Shown: piece by piece, positions 38,670 through 51,299 of the stretch
Numbering within the stretch: the stretch's first letter is position 1
Layout of the letters: every line of letters begins with the position of its first letter
Assembly: GCF_006345805.1 (NCBI RefSeq)
Contig: NC_042997.1
Coordinates: forward strand, 95,108,001 to 95,172,000
Reading direction: 5' to 3'
Source of the DNA: Octopus sinensis
Lineage: Eukaryota
DNA: 64,000 nucleotides
Notes under the pieces: generated by a model
What the model was told of the DNA's origin: nothing
Seen by the model: the letters and a program-made list of their open reading frames with translations, nothing else
Database searches by the model: none
Position numbers and translations under genes: made by a program

Positions 38670-39078
38670 GTGTGCGTTGTTAGTGTGTGTATAAGTACGT
38701 GTATATAAGCATAAGGAAACTAATATTTGTGTTTGTTTTTATAAGCGTCGAAAGGTGTAATGTAAGATACAGATAAGATGGTAATTTATTTTCGAACGCA
38801 GAAACCTCGTAGAACAGCAGAAATATTGGGTAGAAAACCTTACAAAGCAGAAAAAAATTAAATTTCTGCTGTCCTAACGGCGTTTTTGCGTTCGAAAATA
38901 AATTATAATCGTATTTGTATCTTACAATTCATACATACATACATATATACATCCATCAATCCATCCATACATACATACATACATACATACATACATACAA
39001 ACATACATACATACATACATACATGCATACATACATGCATACATACGTACATACATGCATACATACACACATACGAGT

Positions 39079-39151
<73 letters not shown>

Positions 39152-39214
39152 TAGGTAGATAGATAGATATCTGTATGTCTATGTGTGTGTGTGTTTGTAT
39201 GTGTGTGCGTGTTC

Positions 39215-39251
<37 letters not shown>

Positions 39252-39649
39252 TGGTGAGAGTGTTGGTATGTGAAAGCACGTGGTTAGATGTATAAAAAGC
39301 AAAATAGAATGAAAAAACTACAGAAAACTTATATTATATGGTTGAAAAATATATTAAAATCGTCATGTTAGGAAAATGATATAAAAATGTGTGTATAGTT
39401 ACTTTGTTTTGGGAGAAATAACCGGTTTCGTATTTTCTTTTTATTTTCTCAATTTTTTTTTACCGATGTTCTGTCATTATTCTTCTGGGTGTGATATATA
39501 TCTTTTTTGACGCATGCTAGTTTTCGAATATTTCTTTGTTCTTTTGTAATTCTTCATTTATACCCGTGATTGATGGCCGACAGGACCAATTTTGTCATGG
39601 AACCATAATCTGTAGAGGTCTCAGTTGATGGCCCATAAATGTTTAATCG

Positions 39650-39983
39650 TAAACATTTATCTTCTTTATTTCTTCGATGATTTTCAAAGTGTTATCCACC
39701 ATAATTGATGGAGTGACTTCTGGCTCTTCTGTTTTCTACGTGTTGCTCCAAGAATTGAATGTCACATTTTGTGCTCTTTTTCGTCTGCTTCAGTTGGTCT
39801 TTGTTGCGGTGCATAGGATGCCCGCGTGATTTGTTGCCGGTAGTGAGTTTGCTATAGAGGATTTGGACTGGCAGTTTCGTAGTGTTCCTGCAGTGGACAT
39901 GACCTGAACATCTGAGGTGATGTTTTACGGTGATAGATTCAATATTGGTGGTGTTGGCACATTCAAGCAATCTTGGCTGAGGT

Positions 39984-39985
<2 letters not shown>
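39650..39985 (-). mobile_element. RTE-BovB-like LINE 3' fragment
   Basis: TNIESITVKHHLRCSGHV..LPVQILYSKL..GNKSRGHP..KDQLKQT..LEQHVENR, a degenerate BovB-type C-terminus. Confidence 0.7.
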
Positions 39986-40028
<43 letters not shown>

Positions 40029-40607
40029 TATATGTATGTGCGTATGCATATATGTATGTATATATGAATGAGGGCGTGTGTATATGTGTGTGTGTGTGTG
40101 TGTTTGTGTGTTATCCACGCGATCCATCCCAGTTTTTGCTGATGAAATACCTCAAGCTTTCGAATGCCATACATACATACATACATACATACATACATGC
40201 ATGCATAAATATATACATACATATGTACATACATACATAAATAGAAGAAATATATACACATACATATATTAGAAGAAAAAATGGGATTAAAAAATTCTGG
40301 CAGAAATCAAAATTTAGGTTATAAATGTTCAGCTATCGGATACCAGTAAATTTAAGTAGAATACATATCCCAGGTGAATACTCATGCACGATAGGTAAAT
40401 CCATATATCCTTTTACAGAACATCCAGAAATTCAGCGCATTTAACAACAAAAAAACATGTTAAGATAATATCATATCTCACCTTATAAAGCCGACAATTG
40501 TTTCTATTGCATTAAAACACACACACATACACATACACTCGCAAGTACACGTACATATTTATATATATATGTACACACATACATGTATATATAATACATA
40601 TATATAT

Positions 40608-40688
<81 letters not shown>

Positions 40689-41202
40689 TATATATATATA
40701 TATCTAACCACGTGCTTTCACATACCAACACTCTCACCAACCCTATATATATATATATATGCACACGAACACGCACACACATACAACACACACACGTAGA
40801 CATATATATATATATATATATCATTAAAATTGATATTAATATCCTCGAAAATATTTGTTATTACAATGTTATCAAGTTGTCCGGAATTAGTGAAATTCAA
40901 ATTGAACATCTGAAAAATTACCAGTTTATATGACCTTGGTTTGTAATTTCAGGTTGTTGCTTCAGAAGGCGCACATATAGCTTTTTCTAAAAGTGACGAG
41001 ATCAGCTCGGATCTTGTTCTCAAAATGTTGGTAAAACTGGTTTCAGTTACTGGTACAAGTGATTCTCAACCTCATCATCAACATTGAGACTATGTATATA
41101 GATAGGGAGAGATGAAAGCGACGAAGCCACTTCCAAGTAGTGGGACAAGGAGAGCCTTCCATTGATGTTTTGTGGTGAGTTGATACACACACACACACAT
41201 AC

Positions 41203-41273
<71 letters not shown>

Positions 41274-42269
41274 GTGTATCTCACTCTTTAATAAGTTCTT
41301 CAATATTTAAACTCTATCATCACGGAATGAAAATTCTAGGCTAAATATGTGACACTGCTGTAAGTTGTCGTATTCGGCGATTACATTGTTCTTGTTCTTT
41401 TGTTCTTTCGCTTACTAGTTGAGATATACATTACTACATATATACTGATGCTGATTATTTCTCGTGACTTGTGTATACACTAACTTTTATAGCGAGGGGA
41501 AATATTACAGAGCACTTCAACAAAAATCACGTTTATATATGGCCACGGAAATTCCTCGGGATATACATAAAGATAATCAACATTAGTCAGGATACTTTTC
41601 ATGACAATGAATTGACGATAATAAAGTACTTCCTTTGGAATGTTTAAAGCAACAACGGAAGTAATTCATTGACGATTTAAGATTGCAAGTATCAAGGCAA
41701 CAGCGAATTGAAAACAACTGAATGACAATCTATATAGTTTCTTGTAGAAATCTGAAAGTAATGAAGGTTTTGTATACCATGTTCAAGCTTTTCCTTCGCG
41801 TTTTTGTACCATTCGGTCATTTTTACTTTACATACATTTTTACATGAAATTTTTTCGGGACAATTTCATACATATTTTCGTATAACTGAATACAAGCATA
41901 TTGATTTATATTCTAAAATGTTTTATCCAATTAAGGTTTGTGTAATGGATGCATTTCTATAAAAGCTGAAACAGTCATAATCAATTATTAAAGTATTTCA
42001 CTATTTGATTTACTACAAATTATAAAACTTGATGCCTGTGCAGATAGGCAGTCCAGACACCACTCATGATGAGTCTCTAACAAGAATGGAAAGTCGGTAG
42101 GATGCGAGATCTTGGTTTCCCTAAACGGGATAGTGTTGTGTTCTTGAACAAATCCCTTCACCTCACGCTCTTCTGCGATAACTTCGACACATAATTCGTA
42201 GTACACCGTTCACCTGTTGATGCAGCGTCTATTTGATGGAAGCAGTGAGCTGTTGTACAGCACAATATA

Positions 42270-42321
<52 letters not shown>

Positions 42322-42326
<5 letters not shown>

Positions 42327-42453
42327 GACCCAAAGAGTGGCAAGTAGTGAGGAGTCTAATGTGGGTCTTGTATTAACATGCATATATATATATGCATGCT
42401 AATACAAGACCTACATTCGACTCCTCACTACTTGCCACTCTTTGGGTCTTCTA
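42322..42453. repeat. Fold-back palindrome (~60-bp arms) centred on (TA)n
   Basis: tagaagacccaaagagtggcaagtagtgaggagtc...catgca-(TA)n-tgcatg...gactcctcactacttgccactctttgggtcttcta, with 3 mismatches. Confidence 0.95.
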
Positions 42454-42481
42454 GATGCCAGTATCTCACACACACACACAT

Positions 42482-42528
<47 letters not shown>

Positions 42529-42530
42529 AT

Positions 42531-43169
42531 ACTAGCAGTATCGCCCGGCGTTGCTCGGGTTTGTAAAGGAAATAACTATATAAGCATTTTTAGAGAGTTA
42601 TAGCCAAAAATAGCAAAAAATGCATTAAAATGGAAAAAATATGATGGTAAATTTTTTTAAAAATCGTTGACTCATCGTAGACATTTTTAGAGAGTTACTT
42701 CCCTTATATAATAGCGAAAAAATGCATTAAAATGGAAAAAAAAACGATGGTAATTTTTTTTTTAAATCGTAGACTCATGTAGACGCTTTCTTAGCCATTT
42801 CTGTTTTGGTGTCTTCAAGCCATGAAGTCGTTGTTCTAAAAGAACGCTGGTCTCCTTGACAACGCATTACGACGTTGATTTCCTTACACTCCCTTCCCCA
42901 CAGGTGCAGGTGTGAGCGTGGACGCCAACTCCGCCGCCATCGCCACACGAAAAATTATGCATTAAAATGGAATAAAAAAATGATGTTAAATTATTTTTAA
43001 AATCGTAGACTCATCGTAGACGCGCGCTAATACTCAGACGGGCTCGATATAAATCACGACTATAAGCTACCCGAATTTGGTTAAACTGCACCGCAAAATG
43101 TGGGAGTAGTTAGGAATCTAAATCGAAGGGGACAGACACTCACACAACTACAGTTTTATATATATAGAT
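42531..43169 (+). mobile_element. Non-autonomous Helitron-like element (second family)
   Basis: Starts actagcagtatcgcccggcgttgctcggg and ends cagttttatatatatagat. A second copy lies at 44470-44865. Confidence 0.7.
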
Positions 43170-43199
43170 ATACATAGCGCAGTAGTGGTGAGATGTGAC

Positions 43200-43470
43200 A
43201 GCAAAGAAAAGCATACATTCACTCTCTGCATGCAATTAGACTCGGAAAGTCCGTGAGGAACCCATTGACCCAATTTGCTGACTTTTCCGATAGCACACAG
43301 GTCTCAATGAATGGTTGAATGACCAAATCCAAGCTTCTCTGCTAGTTCCTCAACAGTTACGATGAGATTTTGTTCCACCAGGGTTTTCAGGATGTCCTTG
43401 TCGAGTTCTACAGATCTTTCAGGATGAGGCTCGTCTTCTAGGCTGTTCCAATATAGCTTTGAAAAAAATA
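43200..43470 (-). mobile_element. Mariner transposase N-terminal (HTH) fragment
   Basis: SLEDEPHPERSVELDKDILKTLVEQNLIVTVEELAEKLGFGHSTIH*DLCAIGKVSKLGQWVPHGLSESN; it contains the mariner WVPHEL-like motif. Confidence 0.85.
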
Positions 43471-43629
43471 GCTGTTAAAATCGAAATGCACTCTTCAAAA
43501 CTTGCACTATGAATAAGGACAAGATAAAATTACTACCTGCTTTTATAGCAAGTTAATATAAGTAGTTTATCCCATTCCCCTCTGACTTTTAGTTCAAGAT
43601 GTTGAAAAAACCGCATTATTATATATATA

Positions 43630-43661
<32 letters not shown>

Positions 43662-43983
43662 CACACACACTCTCTCTCTCACACACATGCACACATTTAT
43701 ATTCTGTTATTCTTTTATATGTTTCAGCCTTGAGGTTGTGCCCATGCTGGATCATGTGTGTGTGTGTGTGTGTCTATCTGTCTGTCTGTCTGTATGTATA
43801 TATGTATATGTATGTGTGTGAACAATAATATTTTCAACAGATGTGTTGCAAATGTATCTGATTGTTCTCAAGCTTCAATACTGTGTGTGTGTGTATGTGT
43901 GTGTGTATGTATGTATGTATATGTATGTATGTATATGTATGTATGTATGTATGTGTGTATGTATGTATGTGTGTGTGTATGTA

Positions 43984-44014
<31 letters not shown>

Positions 44015-44205
44015 ATGTATGTATGTATGTATGTATGTATGTATGTATGTATGTATGTATGAGTGTATGTTTACTTTATTACTAACTATCTCTGGCTATT
44101 TACTCTCTTCCAAGAACATTTTCACTCACACTTATGTGTTAGCTTCCCATACATTTTACTCATGTATCTATCAGCGTGATAGAGAGAAACAAATATTACA
44201 TCTAG

Positions 44206-44470
44206 TTTCACTTTATTCGTTGCCCACTGTGTGTGTGCGTTTGCGTGTGGTGTAAACCAGACTAATAAAAGCATTTGACACACACACCAGAATGTGAGTT
44301 TTCTGTAAATTTTGCTTAATTGGAGTTTAAATTTTAAAAACTGGACCTGGCATGACGCGATGCATTGTACTCTTAAAAATGGTAGGTAAATTGTAATTGA
44401 AGAAATCCTATATTGTAGATTTGTATAACTCCCAAAGGGAGGCAGATAAAATCTGCCTTTTATAATAAGA
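44206..44470 (+). mobile_element. Helitron-like 3' end; near-identical copy at 46369-46634
   Basis: Subterminal hairpin ggcagat-aaa-atctgcc (44441-44457) followed by ttttataataaga. The two copies differ at only a few bases. Confidence 0.65.
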
Positions 44471-44865
44471 CTAGCAGTATCGCCCGGCGTTGCTCGGGTT
44501 TGTAAGGGAAATAATTATATAAGCATTTTTAGAGATGTAAAGTATAATAGCCATCTCAATATGGCTAACCACAAAGGGGAGGGGTGTTACTGTAGCTTTT
44601 TACGTTCTGAGATTTAATAATAAATTTTAGAGAGTTACTTCCCTTATATATGTCAAAAATGGATTAAAAATGGGAAAAATTGATGGTAAATTTTTTTTTA
44701 AATCGTAGACTCATCGTAGACGCGCGCTAATACCCAGACGGTCTCGATATGAATCACGACTATAAGATACCCGATTTTGGTTAAACTGCACCGCAAAATG
44801 TGGGAGTAGTTAGGAATCTAAATCGTAGGAGACAGACACACAACCTCACTTTTATATATAAAGAT
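44470..44865 (+). mobile_element. Non-autonomous Helitron-like element (copy of the 42531 family)
   Basis: Same 5' and 3' ends as 42531-43169; it abuts the Helitron-like 3' end upstream. Confidence 0.7.
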
Positions 44866-45049
44866 TTCCTCTATTTACATAATATTGAGGTCTCTTTCTT
44901 TCTTTTGTTATCTTACTGTTTTTACCAATATACATATATATATATATATATAAATATATATATAGTTACAGAGATGTACTTGCATAGCAAGTGACTTGAT
45001 CTGAGATCGTGTGCTGCAACGAAAACAGTTGCAGCGTTGAAGGTGTTTA

Positions 45050-45263
45050 TAAGCCATTTAAGAAACACACAAAAACCGTTAGATTCACTTCAAAATTTAA
45101 ATTTAATTTGTCAAAATATTTTCGTCGCTTTGAGGCCGCGACCTGTTAGCACGATATTTTTGTCAGTGAACAGGTTGCGGTCTCAAGCGACGAAAATATT
45201 TTGGCAAATTAAATTTAATGTTGAAGTGAATGTAACGGTTTTGGTGTGTTTCTAAATGGCTTA
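45050..45263. repeat. Hairpin element with ~97-bp inverted arms and a 21-nt spacer
   Basis: Arms at 45050-45147 and 45169-45263 are reverse complements with scattered mismatches. Confidence 0.9.
45159..45208 (+). ncRNA. Minimal type I hammerhead ribozyme with G3:C8 compensatory core
   Basis: TTTGTCA-GTGAACA-G-GTTGC-ggtctcaa-GCGAC-GAAA-ATAT-T-T-TGGCAAA. Stem I has 7 bp (one G.U), stem II has 5 bp (one G.U), and stem III is the palindrome AATATT. Confidence 0.6.
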
Positions 45264-45301
45264 GAAACACTTCCAGGCTGCAATATATATATACACACAT
45301 A

Positions 45302-45332
<31 letters not shown>

Positions 45333-45641
45333 GTGTATATGTGTATGCATGTATGTGTGTGTGTGTGCGTGTCTGTGCTTGTGATTGTCCTCCACCACTG
45401 CTTGACAACGAATGTTGGTTTGTTTACATCCCTGTCACCTAGTGTTTGACAAAGGAAAAGATAGAATAAGTACAATGCTTACAAAAATAAAACTGGAGTT
45501 GATTCATTAAACTACAATTCTTCAAGGCATTGCCCCAGCATGGCCACAGACCAAAAAGCAGAAGAATAAAAGAATACATTCTCTGCTTTGGTCTTATGTT
45601 CAAGGCATGAGAAAGCTTGAGTTTACATAAGAAGGCCTAAC

Positions 45642-46121
45642 AGACCTGGTAGAAACAGCAGCCAAATCTCCCTCAAATCACACCTTACTGTCTTATGTAT
45701 GTATATATATATATATGAGCCAATGAGGGGGACCTCTACATGGTAGCTAGACCTGGTAGAAATAGCAGCCAAATTCCCCCAAATCACACCTTACTGTCTT
45801 ATCTATGTATATATGTATGTATGAGCCTATGAGGGAGACCCCTACATGGCAGCTAGACCTGGTAGAAATAGCAGCCAAATTTCCCCCAAATCACACCTTA
45901 CTGTTTTATCTATGTATATATGTATGTATGAGCCTATGAGGAGACCCCTACATGGCAGCTAGACCTGGTAGAAATAGCAGCCAAATTTCCCCCAAATCAC
46001 ACCTTACTGTCTTATCTATGTATATATGTATGTATGAGCCTATGAGGGAGACCCCTACATGGCAGCTAGACATGGTAGAAATAGCAGCCAAATCTCCCTC
46101 AAATCACACCTTACTGTCTTA
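45642..46121 (+). repeat. ~106-bp tandem repeat, ~4.5 copies (amplified SINE-like segment)
   Basis: agacctggtagaaatagcagccaaat..caaatcacaccttactgtctta..ctacatggcagct starts at 45642, 45749, 45855, 45961 and 46068. Confidence 0.9.
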
Positions 46122-46854
46122 TCCTTCTGCTACTTGGATATAGGTGTTATATTCGTCGTAAAAAACTTTCCTGTCACACACTCACGCACACGCACACACA
46201 CACACACACACGCACCCTCACACACACACACACGCGCACACCCACACACACCCACTCACACACACGCACGTTAGCTTACAATTTTATTTATATATTTGCG
46301 TGTCTATGTGTTGAAAGAGGAAGTGGGAGGCAGAGTGAAAGAATCACTCACTACAGTAAGTCAATTACTTTCATTTTATTCGTTGCCCACTGTGTGTGTG
46401 CGTTTGCGTGTGGTGTAAACCAGACTAATAAAAGCATTTGACACACACACCAGAATGTGAGTTTTCTGTAAATTTTGCTTAATTGGAGTTTAAATTTTAA
46501 AAACTGGACCTGGCATGACGCGATGCATTGTACTCTCAAAAATGCTAGGTAAATTGTAATTGAAGAAATCCTATATTGTAGATTTGTATAACTCCCAAAA
46601 GGGAGGCAGATAAAATCTGCCTTTTATAATAAGATTATAATAAGAGATATATATATATATATATATATATGATATATATATATGATATATATATATATAT
46701 ATATACTCTTTTTACACTAACTTGTTTTAGTCATTTGACTGCCGTCATGCTGGAGCACCGCCTTTAGTCGAAGAAATAGACCCAAAGACTTATTCTTTGT
46801 AAGCCTAGTAATCTGTCGTCAAGCATTGGTGTAGGGGACAAACAGAGACGCAAA

Positions 46855-46903
<49 letters not shown>

Positions 46904-47007
46904 TATATATATATAAAATATTATTCGAGACAAAACCGCTATTTTGCAAAACAAACAAGGAAAGACTTAATCAATACATAAATTTTAATAAATAGTCAAA
47001 AAAACCG

Positions 47008-47050
47008 CCACTACAATCGTTTCTTGTCTTGATCGACAATCTTCAGGTGG
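47008..47050 (-). ncRNA. Type I hammerhead ribozyme motif (left arm of palindrome)
   Basis: CCAC-CTGAAGA-TTGTC-gatcaa-GACAA-GAAA-C-gatt-G-T-A-GTGG. All three stems pair and the triplet is GUA. Confidence 0.7.
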
Positions 47051-47099
47051 ACTTCCAATAATTCAGTGTGAAATTATTTCACACTGAATTATTGGAAGT

Positions 47100-47142
47100 C
47101 CACCTGAAGATTGTCGATCAAGAGAAGAAACGATTGTAGTGG
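47100..47142 (+). ncRNA. Type I hammerhead ribozyme motif (right arm of palindrome)
   Basis: Mirror copy with a C-to-G change at 47124 that breaks one stem II pair. Confidence 0.6.
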
Positions 47143-47332
47143 CGGTTTTTTTTGACTATTTATTAAAATTTATGTATTGATTAAGTCTTTCCTTGTTTGT
47201 TTTGCAAAATAGTGGTTTTGTCTCGAATAATATTTTATAATATTTTACTATAAAATCGATTTAATCCTAAATCTGATTTTTTCCCTGTAAATTTGGATTT
47301 ATTCCCTAATATTTATTATATATATATATTAA

Positions 47333-47368
<36 letters not shown>

Positions 47369-47536
47369 ACGGGCTTCTTTCTGTTTCCGTCTACCAAATC
47401 CAGCCACAAAGCTTTGGGTGGTCTAAGGCTATAGTAGAAGACACTTGCCGAAGTTGCCATGCAGTGGGGCTGAACCCGGAACGACGTGGTTAGGAAGCAA
47501 CCTTGTTACTACATAGCTACACCTACACCATCATAT

Positions 47537-47575
<39 letters not shown>

Positions 47576-47941
47576 CATGAAGTCAGGTGTAAAACTGGGA
47601 TATTTTCAGAGAAGCACTGAGCCCGAATACTGAGCTATCAATAATGTAGGATCCAAGATAAGGCCGAAATACTTCTGCTGTAGAAAATCCAAGTTTCACG
47701 ACGATTACATCCTCAAATGCTTTGGCGAAGAGTGAATAATCCGAAGAAAAGAAGAAAAGGAGAATTCTGTAACACATTTTTAATTATAATTATAATTATG
47801 GTTATAATTATAGAATATTTGCATAATTTTACGTATAAAGGTTATTTTTTAAGTACCGATTTACTTGATAAAATTATTAATTAATTGATTAATTAATTAA
47901 TTAATATTATTGATTAATTTTACCCTTTTATTACTATTTTG

Positions 47942-47979
<38 letters not shown>

Positions 47980-48300
47980 TGTATGTCATCCGCGTTTTGC
48001 TTGTTTTAGAATATTACATTTCATTTCTGCTTATTCTTCATTTATACTGATAACTATGTTTCCTGACAAGACCAGCATTTGCGTCGAATTATAGCCCAGA
48101 GATTTCATATTTGATTGTCACCGTTTTTCCACAAGTATATATGTATCAACCTACGCACACATCTTCCTCACGCTACAAGCAAATGCGTAAGTAACATGTC
48201 TAAGTAGTGGGTATTTATGGGCGTAACATCATAAGCGCATGTATACTCGTATGTAATTTTCCATATTTACATGCAAGCATACGTTACTTATAGATACACA

Positions 48301-48350
<50 letters not shown>

Positions 48351-50051
48351 CACACACATATTTATGTAAGTACGCATGTATGTCGTGAAGCTGCCATGGG
48401 TCTACATATGGAAATGCTTGATTGAATCTATGTAATAGACAGCGAACATTAGACACTTGGATGCTTTCTCCATGGCAACCACAGGATTTTTTTATAGATA
48501 GTTGTCAATAAAATGGCTTTCCTCACTCTATTGCACAGATGTTGCACAAAGGAAGTGTAACCTTCGATACAATTCTTTCACAGAAGTGGCTAGAGATATT
48601 TGAAGTACATCTGATATGCAGTGAGTTTAATTGTTCTCATTAATAATAGCGATGTTCACTAACACCGGAAACATTCAAAGCTGACTTTGGCCGACTGGAG
48701 CGCAGAACATGAAGGGGCTCAACTGTACCTGTAAGACATTTTCTCCTATGTCTCACTAACCGACCATCGACGGAACGCAGAGAGGAAACATGCATAATAT
48801 TGCGATCTTTGTCAGTAATCCTATCACCCAGCCGTTTATATGTACGTACTTGTATCGAAGCATTCATATACAACGTTTAAGATCTTCAAACGTTGAGAAT
48901 AATTTTCACTTTCCACCGCCTCATTCTCGCTCTCGGTCTGCCTCACCAATTGTGTTTTAAATTAACAATAGATCCCATTATTTTGCCTTTCATTTTCTTC
49001 CCATTTCTTTGTTTTCTGCATGACGAATCCCCAGTCTTTTAGCGACCTAGTAAGGCTTCAGTACAGTAAGTGAAACGAGTAAAAAGCAAGATATATTTGT
49101 GTGCACGAGCATTTTATGGTCATATATCTTTACATGTACACATTTTTCTCTTCCCATATTTTATGTGTGCCTCTTTTGTACTTTATGTCTAATTCTATCC
49201 TATACACGTTAGAGATTGCACTAACGATTCTTACTTCTGTTATTGGAAAAACGATTGTCAATCTCTAAGTTTACATCGAAGAATATTCTTTACAGCTTCG
49301 ACTCGCGTAAGCCTTACTTCTTTGTATCTGGTCCATAAGTAATATATGTTCTGTACTATTGACTTATACGATGCACATTTCTTATGGATTACACTTTCTA
49401 AATATTGGACTCACTTCTTTACTATTACATTCAACTTTTGTTGCTTTATGAAAATCTTCATATCGGCGTCCGTATGTGTTATTAGGCCACTCTATTTTTG
49501 TAGGGTAGTAATTTTGCTGTAAGAAAGCATCAATAGTTATGTTTACAATCAAATACTGAAAATATCGCGTGTGAAACAGACTCCATAGGCTTGTAACTTC
49601 ACATTCCTCACAGAAAAAAGATCCCTTGATCTCGAAGCACTCGAATTTGTGTACAACTTTCTGAATACAATATATTCAATGCAATAACCACTCGATCATC
49701 CGATTGCATTACTAATATAAAATGAATAAAAAGCTTATTTATAATTGTTCTGGATATTTAAAATTTGATCTGATTCGACGTTCCTTTCATTTGATTTGCA
49801 GAAGATATATCTGTGATATGATTTTATATGTATTCTGTTTGAAATATAAAATTCATCGAACTTAAGTTATATGTGAATGTTTCTAACTAAAGTATATCAA
49901 TATTCACTTCCTACTGAAATGGGATACGCATTATTGAATCTGATATGTTCTTTGAAACAGGGAAGAGTTTTGTAGATATGTATTTGAAAGTATTCGATTA
50001 TTCTGACTGCTTGTCTATCTGTCTATCTGTGTCTCTGTATATTTACATATA

Positions 50052-50089
<38 letters not shown>

Positions 50090-50108
50090 ATATATATATA
50101 TATATGTG

Positions 50109-50161
<53 letters not shown>

Positions 50162-50551
50162 AGCTTGTGTGTGTCTATGTGGGTCTGAAAAGCGTCTCAA
50201 GTTCCTTAGAAAAATATGCAATGCTTACTGGAAGGAAAATATGATATTTGGGAAAGGAAAGACGCATCAGCCGGGCAGCCAATTCCTTAGGGCTACATGC
50301 TTATATAAGTAAATCAGCAAATATTTTATCAATAATGTGATTTTCCTAATAAACAAGTTGACATAACAGAATCTGTGTTCCTCTTATTAACCACGTATAT
50401 CAATAACAATAGGCGTTAATACAAATTTATAATCCAAATACAGAAATTGTTTCTTGAACGGTAAATAGCAACGCGAAGTTAATAATTATTTTAATATTCT
50501 ATTAAGAAATCTATATTCTATCAAGCACCAGTACACGCACACACATACACA

Positions 50552-50636
<85 letters not shown>

Positions 50637-51299
50637 TATACATACATACATACACATATATTTATATATATATATATATCGGTTAGAGACAAGTGTTTCC
50701 TATATAGAATACACTTCGAAGGTCTCAAGATGAATGAACTTGAGCGGGTAGATGAACAAATGTAATGACAAGCTATTTAGCGTAGTCGATTTGCACAAAA
50801 ATTAAATGCATTTGATAGAAAATTATACCTGTGCATGGATATAAAATAGCCTGACTTACATAATATAAAACATATCAAAGTTTAAATGGGTAGACTTTTG
50901 CGAGTGCAACAGCGGTTACTGAAAGCTTGGTGGACCGGAATAATGATGGTTACTAGGATCTATTATCAGATAGCACTATATTCGTCTTCAGGGAAAAGTT
51001 TTACATTGGAGAATTTTACATTTGAGGTGTTGACGGGATTGAGTTTGAAGAATCAGCTGTTGGACTTGTAAAACTCTACTCATTTAACTTCTGATATCTC
51101 TTACATTCTGTAAGTCAGACTGTTTCATAGCCATGCACATGTAGATTTTATCTATTAAATGTATTTAATATTCTGATCACTTACCTAAGTTGTTTGTCAT
51201 TACGTTTACTTATATATATATAAATTTGAGTGATGTTTCTCTGTCCGTTACCTTTTTATGTTCATGAGCTCCTACTAGACCGTTGGTGCAAGGACAACG

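Larger units (their letters stand above)
46912..47239. repeat. 328-bp near-perfect palindrome (163/164-bp arms, 1-nt centre at 47075)
   Basis: The arms differ by 2 substitutions and one base in an A/T run. Centre: cagtgtgaaat-t-atttcacactg. Confidence 0.97.

Noticed and set aside
40953-41030. Candidate 78-nt exon (tttcag/gtaaaa; VVASEGAHIAFSKSDEISSDLVLKML)
   Set aside because: No recognisable homology or partner exons; it needs RNA-seq or a protein search.
47581-47777. Minus-strand 64-aa ORF after a ttacag acceptor, possibly a terminal exon
   Set aside because: No recognisable domain and no supporting upstream exons.
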